DNA of 64,000 nucleotides, from IMG/VR virus record IMGVR_UViG_2772190730_000001, positions 12,618-76,617 of that record. The stretch is one strand, 5' to 3'. Positions 44,042 through 52,590 of the stretch are shown one piece after another (position 1 is the stretch's first letter; each line of letters begins with the position of its first letter). A program made the translations under genes and the position numbers. This DNA comes from a virus. Lineage: Duplodnaviria > Caudoviricetes. Under the pieces are notes generated by a model. The model had not been told where the DNA came from and made no database searches. It was given only the letters and a program-made list of their open reading frames with translations.

Positions 44042-44472
44042 GCTGGCTCCTTCGGTTCGTACTGTCGGCAGGCTGGCCACCAGCGCCTCAGATCGGTTGC
44101 CAGGCCGTGGCTGGTGCGGGGTTCGCGGATGGTGACCTTGGGCCCGAACTTCGTCTGCCGCTCGCGTGGGATGGGTGTGACGGTGCGCCCGGCCCAGCAT
44201 TTGGCGTAGGTGCGGGAGTGGCCGCCGACCCGGGTGTAGAAGACGCAGCCGCCGCAGCGCAGTCCGGTGATGACGTGGTCGTCCTCGGTGGGCTGGTCGG
44301 CGGCCGGGTGGAGTCGGATGTTCCCGGCGACGAGGGACAGCGGGTGCATGCCGGTCGCGATGGCAGCGGCCTGGCGCCGGCGCATCTGTGCTCCGGGTGT
44401 GAGGCCGGGTTCGTCGGTGGCCGGTGCGACGCGCAGCTGCTCGGCGTCGAACAGGCCGGCCTGCTCGGTCAC
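44038..44472 (-). CDS. Cys-containing hypothetical phage protein
   Basis: LRCGGCVF...YAKCW...WWPACRQY; coupled overlaps. Confidence 0.6.
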   Translation of the reverse strand: MTEQAGLFDAEQLRVAPATDEPGLTPGAQMRRRQAAAIATGMHPLSLVAGNIRLHPAADQPTEDDHVITGLRCGGCVFYTRVGGHSRTYAKCWAGRTVTPIPRERQTKFGPKVTIREPRTSHGLATDLRRWWPACRQYEPKEPA

Positions 44473-44825
44473 CGCTCAAGCACCAGGCTGAGGGCGGCGA
44501 GAACCGCGGCGCTGTTGGTGCGGTCGAGTCCGGACAGCATCCGCTGGAGAGTCCAGTCATGGGTGAGGCCGGTGTCGGGTGTCGCTCCGACCAGGTGGCA
44601 GGAGAGCCGGGCCAGGGCCCGCTCGCTGGAGGACCAGGGCGTGGAGTCGATGCCGTCGGCGAGGTTGACCCAGTCGATGCCCCAGCCGTCGGCGTACTTG
44701 GTCACGTAGGGCTCGATTTTGTAGATGAGGCTGGTGTCGGTGACGACCGCGACGGCGGCGCGGCGGTCAAGGTCGTCGGTGGCGTAGGTCTTTCGCAGCT
44801 GCTGGGTGATTTCGCTGGTGCGCAT
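44469..44825 (-). CDS. Hypothetical protein
   Basis: 118 aa, AGGAGG RBS. Confidence 0.6.
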   Translation of the reverse strand: MRTSEITQQLRKTYATDDLDRRAAVAVVTDTSLIYKIEPYVTKYADGWGIDWVNLADGIDSTPWSSSERALARLSCHLVGATPDTGLTHDWTLQRMLSGLDRTNSAAVLAALSLVLER

Positions 44826-44907
44826 GATGGTCCTCCTGGTCGGTGGTCTGAGATGCACTCCCGCCGCCCGGCCCGAGCCCGTCAGGGCCGGGAGACGAGA
44901 GAAGACC

Positions 44908-45489
44908 TCAGACCTCGCAGGCGGCCCAGGCCAGCAGTCGTTCGATGACGTCCTCGGGGGTGTGTCCGTCCCAGGCTGGGGCGCGGTCCCGGATCGGGAT
45001 GGGACCGCACTTGGTGTCCCAGTAAGACAAGGGCAGGTGGTAGCTGACCGTGCCGGTGGGCAGGTCGATACCTGCGATGAAGTAGCCGTCGTGCATGGTG
45101 CCGTCGTCGTGCAGCTTGGACCGCCAGGCTCGGTGCAATAGGCCGCTGTTGGCCAGGGCGAGGAATAGAGCGTGCCGGTGCTCGTAGAGCTCGGCGAAGG
45201 TGTGGAACCCGTCGGAGATCTGGCTGCGATCGGTCTGGGGGCTCGGCAGTTCGGCGAACACGACCTGGGTCGTCTTGAACCCGTAGTCCTCCAGGGACTC
45301 GGCCTCGGTCAGATCTGCCTGGGCGTCGTCCGCCGTTGCGGCCCGCTCATACTTCAGCGTCAGCAGGGCGTTCTCGGCGTCGTACACGCCCGTGGTGTAG
45401 CCGCCGCAGCCGTCGTTGTAGTCGCTGCTCTTGTCGCCGATGGTGAACTCGACGAGCTTGCTGGTGGGCATCGTGGGCAGGTCGGTCAT
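44908..45489 (-). CDS. Conserved phage protein with WDGH(T)-motif domain
   Basis: SDGFHTFAELYEHRHALF...AWRSKLHDDG...SYHLP...APAWDGHT. Confidence 0.7.
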   Translation of the reverse strand: MTDLPTMPTSKLVEFTIGDKSSDYNDGCGGYTTGVYDAENALLTLKYERAATADDAQADLTEAESLEDYGFKTTQVVFAELPSPQTDRSQISDGFHTFAELYEHRHALFLALANSGLLHRAWRSKLHDDGTMHDGYFIAGIDLPTGTVSYHLPLSYWDTKCGPIPIRDRAPAWDGHTPEDVIERLLAWAACEV

Positions 45490-45577
45490 GGTTTCCCCCA
45501 TCGTGGGTTTCGGGTCGGCACCGGCTGGTGGTGTCGCCCCCGCGCCCGGAGATCGGCCGGGCGCGAGAGCGGCACAA

Positions 45578-46069
45578 TCAGCCGCGAGCTGCCGCGCGAG
45601 CCGTGGCGTGCGTAATCCCGGTGCCGGGCCAGCGGTACCCGCCCGGTGCGAGGTGGTGATCCACGGTGTGCGTGGCCCCGTACGTGCAGCGCCGGCCGTC
45701 CTCGTCCTCAGCCGCGCACCACTCGCCGCGCGTCGGGGTCTTGCCGTACCGCTCCCCGTACTGCCGCAGCAGCCGGATCGCCATACCGATCGCAGTCTCG
45801 TCCTCGGTCGGTCCGCCGAACTCCTCGACAAGAACCTTCTGCAGGTCCGCCGTCTGCCGCTGCGGGGTCGGCCCCGGCATCAGCCTGCTGATGCCGATGA
45901 GGAACGAATCGACCTGACTGTTCTCGTCTTCCACGGCGATGACGAGTTCCTCGCCATGGTCGGTGACCTCGACGATCACGCACTCCTGGCCAGAGGCGAT
46001 GATGTCGTCGCCTTCGAGGTGGTTCTTCAGGGCGGTGGCGATGTCGCCCGGGCTGATCGTTTCGGACAT
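45578..46069 (-). CDS. Hypothetical protein
   Basis: 163 aa, GAGGA RBS, C-terminal C/H cluster. Confidence 0.55.
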   Translation of the reverse strand: MSETISPGDIATALKNHLEGDDIIASGQECVIVEVTDHGEELVIAVEDENSQVDSFLIGISRLMPGPTPQRQTADLQKVLVEEFGGPTEDETAIGMAIRLLRQYGERYGKTPTRGEWCAAEDEDGRRCTYGATHTVDHHLAPGGYRWPGTGITHATARAAARG

Positions 46070-46103
46070 GGTTTCCTCGTTCTGGGATTCGTAGTGGGTG
46101 TGG

Positions 46104-46141
46104 CACCGTCGGGCCCGGCCACCAGCGCGGGCCCGACGGTG
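46104..46141. terminator. Intergenic hairpin
   Basis: 14-bp stem caccgtcgggcccg/cgggcccgacggtg. Confidence 0.5.
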
Positions 46142-46190
46142 GATCGGTGGTGCGGTCCGGGCCGGGCTTCTCCTCCCGACCCGGACCGGC

Positions 46191-46418
46191 TCAGAGGCCG
46201 GGCAGCTCGTGCTGGCCGGTCGTGACGGCGACCGGAGTAAGACAGGCCGGATGCCAGACCTCGCCGGTCGGCCGGTGCCGGATGTGCTCCGCGCAGGACG
46301 GCAGCAGACCGCCGCAGCGCGCACACCGGAGAGCCCCGACGTACCAAGCCGCTGACGGGTGGTCGGCAGGCAGGTCGACGGTGCCGGTGGCGGTCCGCAG
46401 CAGGGTCGGCGTGCTCAC
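46191..46418 (-). CDS. Small zinc-binding protein (CxxC...HxxC)
   Basis: RCARCGG...WHPAC. Confidence 0.5.
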   Translation of the reverse strand: MSTPTLLRTATGTVDLPADHPSAAWYVGALRCARCGGLLPSCAEHIRHRPTGEVWHPACLTPVAVTTGQHELPGL

Positions 46419-46624
46419 CGTTTTCCCCACCTGCGCCAAGACGCCAGCGTCCAGGTGAGCGGCCATGCAAGGCACGAGAACGCTGCCCACAAGGCCATCC
46501 GTGTCGGTGATGCCTCCGGGAATTCGTCGGCAATCTTGATGACCACGGAGCGGGTCACGTGCGCCGTGAAGAGAAGTCCAAGCACGTAAACGACGCCCGC
46601 CCAGACAATGAGACTCTCAAACAT
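46415..46624 (-). CDS. Small membrane protein
   Basis: 69 aa, two hydrophobic segments, LAWPLTW. Confidence 0.55.
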   Translation of the reverse strand: MFESLIVWAGVVYVLGLLFTAHVTRSVVIKIADEFPEASPTRMALWAAFSCLAWPLTWTLASWRRWGKR

Positions 46625-47039
46625 TGAGTGCCCCCAGTTCCCGGACGATCCGGTGCGCGGTCCGGGCCAGGTTCTCCAGCTCGTGAGCCCTTGTCTTGGC
46701 GACGCCACGCACCGCAGGAGTGGCCTGGGCGTCCTCCGCGGTGGCCCGCCAGGTGATGGCCACGTCATCGAGCATGCGCACGATCCGGGCGAGGGCGGCC
46801 TTGTCGGCCTGGCTGCCGTTCAGCTGCCCGGCCACCGTGTGCGCCAGGTCCTCCGGGGTGTGCGCCGCCCGGATCACCGCGAGCAGGGACGGGACAGCGT
46901 TACTGCCCGGGTCGACGCCCCGGACCGTCCAGATCGTCGCCTGGCCGGCAGCGCTGTCCCGCACCGCCGTCCAGGTGAACCCGTCGCAGGGCGGGATCCG
47001 GGCCGGCACATCCGGGACCTGGGCCTGAGTGGCGGTCAT
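46617..47039 (-). CDS. Hypothetical protein
   Basis: 140 aa; ATGA overlap with the methylase stop. Confidence 0.55.
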   Translation of the reverse strand: MTATQAQVPDVPARIPPCDGFTWTAVRDSAAGQATIWTVRGVDPGSNAVPSLLAVIRAAHTPEDLAHTVAGQLNGSQADKAALARIVRMLDDVAITWRATAEDAQATPAVRGVAKTRAHELENLARTAHRIVRELGALNV

Positions 47040-47557
47040 GATGCGTTCTCCTTTTGCCAGATCAGCAGGCAGCACCCGAAGGGCGGCCGCTCGTTCGGCC
47101 CGATCTCGGTCTGGCCCGGGCGGATGAATAGGAGTCTGCCGCGGAGGAACTCGACCTTCAGCGGCGAACCGGGCCGGTCGCGGTACGGCTCGACGCCTTC
47201 CTGCCACCAGCCCTGCTCCACCCGGTTGGCCGGCAGGAGCATCACGATGAGCTCGGCCCGGCCGATGTTGAATTCGTGCCAGGCTTTGGCCACCCAGTTC
47301 ACGAGGTTTCTGTACGGGGGGTTGCACCAGACGCGGCCGTTCCAGTCCTGCGCCAGGCCGTCATCGGCGCGGGTGTAGAACCTCGCGCACTTCGCGTTGC
47401 ACGGTGCCGCCGCCACGTCGAGGTCGAACCCGCCGAACCGCTCAGCCAGGGGGTTGAAGGTGTCGGGGTGGGTGCCCCGGCCGTCGACCTCGTCCAGTGC
47501 GCCGCGCTTATCGGTCTGCTGCGGGTGGTTCTGGCCCTTGAACCCGACCATGCTCAC
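47036..47557 (-). CDS. Phage DNA N6-adenine methyltransferase (phage Dam family)
   Basis: FDLDVAA, DDGLAQDW, VWCNPPY, VMLLPA, FLRGRL.F. Confidence 0.9.
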   Translation of the reverse strand: MSMVGFKGQNHPQQTDKRGALDEVDGRGTHPDTFNPLAERFGGFDLDVAAAPCNAKCARFYTRADDGLAQDWNGRVWCNPPYRNLVNWVAKAWHEFNIGRAELIVMLLPANRVEQGWWQEGVEPYRDRPGSPLKVEFLRGRLLFIRPGQTEIGPNERPPFGCCLLIWQKENAS

Positions 47558-48031
47558 AGCTGGCCCCTTCCCAGTTCGGCCTGCACGAGGCGGTCGAGCT
47601 GCTCGCCGCGGTCGCCCTGGATGTCCCGCAGGACGTCATCGGTGGGCGTCCACAGGCCGAGCGCGCCCCGGGCCGGGACCGGCTCCATCAGCGACCAGGC
47701 GTCCTCCAGCTGCCAGTGCCACAGGCCGGGCATCGCCCAGTCGGAGGCGCAGCAGCCGGGCTCCTGGTGGTGGCAGCCGGTCAGGTTGGCGCCACCGAGG
47801 ATTACCCCGGACGTGTCGACCCGGCCCCGATCGTGGCGGTCAGCCGCTGCGGCCCATGCCTCCTGGAGCGGAGTGCAGGCCGTCACGGTCCTGCGCTTTG
47901 CCCTGGTGGGCGAGCAGGTCACCGCGGTAGTCCGTTGACCAGGAGCGGTTTTCGACGTCCTTCCCGCCGTACACAATCGCCCAGCCCCACGGCTTCTGGA
48001 GGTTAAGGGCCTTCGGCTTCTGCCCGGTCAT
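47554..48031 (-). pseudogene. ASCH-domain gene split by a frameshift near 47870-47885
   Basis: Frame 1: ALNLQKPWGWAIVYGGKDVENRSWSTDYRG, ending at a stop at 47840. The continuation GVILG...WHWQL...PVPARGALGLW is in another frame. Confidence 0.75.
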
Positions 48032-48399
48032 GCTTCGACCTTCTGGGCGGAGAGCACCAGGATGGCCAGGCTCACCGCGTGCCCGTCCGGCATCCCGGTG
48101 GCTTCCTGGGCCAGCCACTCGGCGAGAACGGATGCCACGTGCGGGCTCATGGTCGCGAGGAAGGGCGCGATCGGGCCGGGCCCGGTCTCGTCCAGGCCGA
48201 CCTGGTCGGTGCTGGCGACCACGCACGTCCACGGCCCGGGGTCGTAAGCCTCGACCTCGACGGGACCCGCGCCGGAGCCCCCGGACACGCTCCACGGTGA
48301 GGGGCAGATGGCCTCAGCCGCAGCGGCCATCGCGCGCAGAATCTCGGCCGCCTTGGCCACACCGGCGACCGACTCATCCATGTTCCGAAAGGTGATCAC
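48028..48399 (-). CDS. Hypothetical phage protein
   Basis: 123 aa; SPWS...APFLATMSPHVASVLAEWL; GTGA overlap. Confidence 0.6.
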   Translation of the reverse strand: MITFRNMDESVAGVAKAAEILRAMAAAAEAICPSPWSVSGGSGAGPVEVEAYDPGPWTCVVASTDQVGLDETGPGPIAPFLATMSPHVASVLAEWLAQEATGMPDGHAVSLAILVLSAQKVEA

Positions 48400-48713
48400 C
48401 GCTGGGCCTCCTGATTCGCAATGGCCATCAGCCAGTCGGCGTGGCACGGCTGGCCGACGGGGCAGTAACACATGAGCGTCTTGCCGCGGAGCTCTTGGCG
48501 GATCTGGTCGAGCCAGCCGCGCTCGGTGCAGTACGCCTCGAACAGGCTCACGGCTAGCTCAGGGGTGATGATGAGAGTCAGCTCGGTCGAGCCGCATTCG
48601 AGGAGGTCACCGACGCGGTAGGGGTTTCCCCAGTCCGAACCCCGCGTTACGTTCACCGCGTCCTGCGGTGCCCGCCATCCCTTGGTGCGCTTCCTCTGGA
48701 TCCGCTCAGCCAC
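48396..48713 (-). CDS. DUF4326-domain protein
   Basis: RIQRKRTKGWR..VTRGSDWGNPY...ELRGKTLMCYC...CHADWL. Confidence 0.88.
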   Translation of the reverse strand: MAERIQRKRTKGWRAPQDAVNVTRGSDWGNPYRVGDLLECGSTELTLIITPELAVSLFEAYCTERGWLDQIRQELRGKTLMCYCPVGQPCHADWLMAIANQEAQR

Positions 48714-49986
48714 GGGGCTCGACCTCCTGCGGCCGGTTCTGCGAGATGCGGTACGCAGCGCCCAGCAGCTGCTCGCGAGCCGGGTCAACCTGCGGAATCG
48801 GGATGACGACCGTGACCGAGTCCGGCATGCCCGCCTCGACGTCCCGGTCCCACAACGGCGCGACAGCCCGGGCGACAGGTTCGGCCAGCAGCGACAACTC
48901 GTTGAGCCACTTCTCGATGATCGAGTCCTGCGACTCTTCGCCGTCGTACTCCTCGGGCATCCGGTCGGCGATTCCGTTCTGCCAGTCCTCCAGTTCGGTT
49001 GCGGCAGCGTTCGCCTCGCGGGCGCGCTGCTCCCACTTTTCGGCGTCAGCGCGCCGCTGGTCCCGATCGGCGGCCATCGTGGTGAGCGCGTTGGTCAGCC
49101 GGATCACGTCAGCCTCAGCCGCGGCCAGCCGCTGCTTCAGGAGCCGGTTCTCCTCCAGGCGCACGCTGTACTTCCGGGCCCACTCACCGTTCGACCGGGC
49201 CAGCGCCTCGTTCGCCGCGGTGTCACCGGACAGGAGCCCGGTGGAGTCCATGGCCAGCAACTGGTCGATCTCGTCCCGCGCGGACAGCAGGAGCCGCTGC
49301 CTGGCCCGCCCGGGGTTCTCCACGGCCAGGGCCTGGGCAGGCAGGTCGGTGTCCTCGAATCCGGCCGGCCCCACCGGCGGCCGGGAACCGGAGAGCAGGG
49401 CGTCCCTTCGGGACCGCGGCACGAACCAGCCAGGGTCTGTCGCCGCACGCGCCCGGGCGTCGGCCTCAGCCATCCGAGCCGACAGGTCCGGGTCCGTGTC
49501 GACCAGCGAACCCGGCTCGGCGCGCTCAAGCGCAGGCAGGAACGCCCAGTGGTCGACGCACCAGCCCTCCGGGTCCTGGTCCTCATCGTCGTTGAGGACC
49601 AGTTCGGCGAACTGCACGACCGGCAGACCGAGATGCACCGAGGTGACGCGGCCGATCTTCCCGGCAGCTGCTGAGACCTTGGCCGCACCGAGCACCAGGA
49701 TTCGTGCACCGATAAGCGGCTGCACCCTGGGCAGCTGGAATCCGCCCACGATCGCCCAGGCCGTAGCGGCAATGCCCAGCCCTTCCGAACTGATGCGGGA
49801 AGTCGAGAGGACATCATCACCGGGGAGCAAGTCGAAGTCGGCCGTGACGATCTCGCCGACCGGCAGTGCAGCGTTCGCTCGGCCCAGGACCAAGACGCGC
49901 TGGCCCTGCCTCACCGACGGCTTGAACCGTTCTGGGTGCTCGGTGACCTCGGCGGCGAGTTCCGCGGGGATCTCGATGAGCGTCAC
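48706..49986 (-). CDS. Large hypothetical protein with coiled-coil C-half
   Basis: 426 aa, coupled to both neighbours. Confidence 0.6.
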   Translation of the reverse strand: MTLIEIPAELAAEVTEHPERFKPSVRQGQRVLVLGRANAALPVGEIVTADFDLLPGDDVLSTSRISSEGLGIAATAWAIVGGFQLPRVQPLIGARILVLGAAKVSAAAGKIGRVTSVHLGLPVVQFAELVLNDDEDQDPEGWCVDHWAFLPALERAEPGSLVDTDPDLSARMAEADARARAATDPGWFVPRSRRDALLSGSRPPVGPAGFEDTDLPAQALAVENPGRARQRLLLSARDEIDQLLAMDSTGLLSGDTAANEALARSNGEWARKYSVRLEENRLLKQRLAAAEADVIRLTNALTTMAADRDQRRADAEKWEQRAREANAAATELEDWQNGIADRMPEEYDGEESQDSIIEKWLNELSLLAEPVARAVAPLWDRDVEAGMPDSVTVVIPIPQVDPAREQLLGAAYRISQNRPQEVEPRG

Positions 49987-50645
49987 CGGTCCTCGACCTC
50001 CCGCCGCGTCGGCAGGCCACCGTAGGGGGATGGCACGAGGCCCTCTTCCGGCTCGTCGTCCCGCGGGTCATCCGGCTCATGGTCGAAGCACACCTCGCCC
50101 GCGTGGTCGACCGGCTCGGCGCAGCCGTCCTCGGCGCACTCGATCACCTTGCGCATGGTCGAGGTCATTTCCCGCCACAGGCGCTCCACGAAGCCGTCGG
50201 GGTAGCGGGTGTAGAAGCCGCGGTGCAGGCCAGCGTTCAGGTCGTCCTTGGTGAACCCGAGCTGGTATTTGCCATCCTCGTAGATGAACACGGCCGGGGT
50301 GCCGTCCTCGTCGCAGGGCCCGACCCGCAGGTCCAGGCTCGCCCCGGGCAGGGCGGGGCCGTGCTCGTCGATCGTCTGCACCTTGCCCGGTCGGGGCGTC
50401 TCGGCAACGGCCCACTTGGTGACCGACCAGGCAATCTCGCGGAACTCGGCCGGACCGTAGGCAACCTGCGTCATGACCTCCCGGGTGCTGGGGAAGGTGA
50501 ACGCGACGACACCGATCATTCCCTCGATGTCAGGAATGGCAGGCGCAGTGACAATGTGGATCTGATCGCCGACGTTCGGCATGGGGGTGTTCGGATCCTC
50601 GCTGGAGCCGACGACGGCCCCTGGCGGGATGGCGATTTCGGGCAT
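49983..50645 (-). CDS. Acidic hypothetical protein
   Basis: 220 aa, GAGGGG RBS, C-terminal CxxxxC..C..H. Confidence 0.6.
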   Translation of the reverse strand: MPEIAIPPGAVVGSSEDPNTPMPNVGDQIHIVTAPAIPDIEGMIGVVAFTFPSTREVMTQVAYGPAEFREIAWSVTKWAVAETPRPGKVQTIDEHGPALPGASLDLRVGPCDEDGTPAVFIYEDGKYQLGFTKDDLNAGLHRGFYTRYPDGFVERLWREMTSTMRKVIECAEDGCAEPVDHAGEVCFDHEPDDPRDDEPEEGLVPSPYGGLPTRREVEDR

Positions 50646-50680
50646 AGCTGTCCCCTCGAATGTGGGTGCGGTGGTTTTTG

Positions 50681-51283
50681 TTACGCGGTGATGGCGGTGC
50701 GGGCCCGGCGGGCCTCGGTGCGCTCACGGATCACGTGGCGGCGGATGACGGCCAGCACGGTGAGGCCGGTCAGGATCACGGCCGGGACGGTGACGGCGGG
50801 CGACAGAGGGCCGACCAGGGCGGGCAGCAGCCCGAACACGGCGCCGAGCAGGATCACGTTCAGCAGGCTGGCCGAACCAGCGTCACGGGTGGCCTGCGCA
50901 GAGACCGGTGTGCGGTCAGTCGGCCGAGCGGGCAGCAGTTCACGGCGGATCAGCACCTCGACGACCTCGTCCACGTACTGCCGGGTGCAGCCCACCTCCA
51001 GCCCAATCCGGTGCATGGACGGCCACTCGGTGCCCGGGTACCGGACCATGTGCTGCTGGATGATCGTGTAGATCTCGCGTTGGATCTTCGTCAGGCCGAG
51101 CGCGTTCACGACGTTCGCGGCCTGGGCGAGCTTCTGCTGCTCGGCCAGCTCCTGCTCGGGGGTGAGGTCCAGCGGCGGGCCGGACTTCACGCGGACGGTC
51201 AGCTCCAGGACCCGGCCTGCGGTGTCGTGACCGCAGGTCCTGCCGTCGTCCTCGACGTGCCAGACAGCGTCGAAGGATCCCAT
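50681..51283 (-). CDS. Winged-HTH (LexA-DBD-like) protein with two C-terminal TM helices
   Basis: LTKIQREIYTIIQQH...PSMHRIGLEVGCTRQYVDEVVEVLIRRELL, then two hydrophobic segments. Confidence 0.65.
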   Translation of the reverse strand: MGSFDAVWHVEDDGRTCGHDTAGRVLELTVRVKSGPPLDLTPEQELAEQQKLAQAANVVNALGLTKIQREIYTIIQQHMVRYPGTEWPSMHRIGLEVGCTRQYVDEVVEVLIRRELLPARPTDRTPVSAQATRDAGSASLLNVILLGAVFGLLPALVGPLSPAVTVPAVILTGLTVLAVIRRHVIRERTEARRARTAITA

Positions 51284-51696
51284 CAGAGAGCCCCTTCCGG
51301 GATCCTGGCGACGAGGGTGGCTCGGAGCCTGGTCAGGGCGGCGCGGGCGCTCTGCTCGCTGCCGTCCTGGTCGACGCGGCAGGCGTCCTCGATCACACCC
51401 AGCTCGATGCGGGTGAGGGGCCGGTTCGCGAGCTGGGCCATGGCGGCGGTTATGTCGTCCTGAGCAGCGGTTCGCTGCCCGGGGATGGCCGGGGTTCCGG
51501 TCCAGGTGACGACGGTCTGTGTGAACGGGTCGCGGGCGATCAGGTGGCCCGAGTCCTTGATGCCGACCCAGTAGCCGCGGGCGAACTCGCGGATGGTGAG
51601 GGCGGCTTCGGCGGTGCTCTTCGCTCCGTCGAGGCGGGCCCCGTTGTCGGCCTCCCAGGTGTAGACCACGAGGGCGGGGGCGAGGGTGTCAGCCAC
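51283..51696 (-). CDS. Hypothetical protein
   Basis: 137 aa, AGGAG RBS. Confidence 0.55.
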   Translation of the reverse strand: MADTLAPALVVYTWEADNGARLDGAKSTAEAALTIREFARGYWVGIKDSGHLIARDPFTQTVVTWTGTPAIPGQRTAAQDDITAAMAQLANRPLTRIELGVIEDACRVDQDGSEQSARAALTRLRATLVARIPEGAL

Positions 51697-51829
51697 GGGG
51701 AGTCTCCTGGCTGGCGGGGGATCCGGTCGCGGGCCGCGGGGCCGGGATGATCCGGTTCTCCCAGGCGTCGATCGCGATGTCCCGGGGGTCGGGCTCTTCG
51801 TCGGCGAATTGGCCGAGGTTGTTGCTCAC
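51689..51829 (-). CDS. Small hypothetical protein
   Basis: MSNNLGQFADEEPDPRDIAIDAWE; GGGAGGA RBS; GTGA overlap. Confidence 0.45.
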   Translation of the reverse strand: MSNNLGQFADEEPDPRDIAIDAWENRIIPAPRPATGSPASQETPRG

Positions 51830-52029
51830 AGGGAGTCCTCCCGGTTGAGGTCGAGAAGTTCGTAACACGCCTTGTCGTGGGCTGTTTCGTGGGTGTCGCA
51901 CACGGTCTTGTTGCAGCAGTGCATGCAGCGCACGGGCCCGGCGCAGGTGGTGCTGGTCGGCCACTGGCAGGCGATGGTTTCGATGGCGGGTGGTGCGGCC
52001 TGGGCCGGCACGAGTTGTTTGCCGAGCAC
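51826..52029 (-). CDS. Small Cys/His-rich (zinc-finger-like) protein
   Basis: CQW...C...RCMHCCNKTVCDTH...H..AC. Confidence 0.5.
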   Translation of the reverse strand: MLGKQLVPAQAAPPAIETIACQWPTSTTCAGPVRCMHCCNKTVCDTHETAHDKACYELLDLNREDSL

Positions 52030-52046
52030 TGCCGCCGCCTTCCGCC

Positions 52047-52120
52047 GTCAACCATTGCCTGCATTTGTAAGGTAGTACCTACGCGACGGCGGCACAAGAC
52101 GAATGCAGGCAGCGGTTTAC
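52047..52120. promoter_or_regulatory. Inverted pair of 17-bp operator-like motifs around a candidate leftward promoter
   Basis: GTCAACCATTGCCTGCA (+, 52047-52063) and GTAAACCGCTGCCTGCA (-, 52120-52104) flank TTGTGC-N17-TACCTT on the minus strand. Confidence 0.5.
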
Positions 52121-52165
52121 GGATAGGCGGTTCGGGCGAGGCCACTCAGGCCGAGCGGACGATGC

Positions 52166-52381
52166 TCACCACGAGCCCACCGCCTGGACGACGTCGGCCA
52201 GCTCGACCGCGGTGACCCAGACACCGAGCAGCACCCACACCTCGGCCCAGTGCAGGGCCTCATGGGCGAGCGGCCAGGAGCCCCACAGCAGGGCCGAAAC
52301 CATCCCACCGACCGTCAGGGCCAGGACCACGTCATCGACCAGCCTGGACGGCTGCAGCGGGCGCCGGAACTCATGCTTCAC
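52166..52381 (-). CDS. Small membrane protein
   Basis: 71 aa, two hydrophobic segments. Confidence 0.5.
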   Translation of the reverse strand: MKHEFRRPLQPSRLVDDVVLALTVGGMVSALLWGSWPLAHEALHWAEVWVLLGVWVTAVELADVVQAVGSW

Positions 52382-52590
52382 CGGGGCTCACCGCCCGCCG
52401 ACTCCCGCAACCGGGCCAGCTCCAGCTCCCGGACCTGCTGAGCCCGCTCCCGGAAGTACGGGTACGCGACCTTCAGCCAGCCCGGCCGAGTGCGGCAATC
52501 GGTGCACTCGACCACCGGGTCACCCGCATGCAGGCGGCAGCCCGTGCGCTCGTCGCCCTGCACTCCAGGGCTCGCCACTGGCCCGCTCAT
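52378..52590 (-). CDS. Small zinc-finger-like protein
   Basis: CRLH...ECTDCR. Confidence 0.55.
   Translation of the reverse strand: MSGPVASPGVQGDERTGCRLHAGDPVVECTDCRTRPGWLKVAYPYFRERAQQVRELELARLRESAGGEPR

Noticed and set aside
51540-52145. 201-aa ORF spanning the 52-kb inverted repeat
   Set aside because: It crosses the operator-like element and overlaps three better-supported small genes in other frames; composition is low-complexity.
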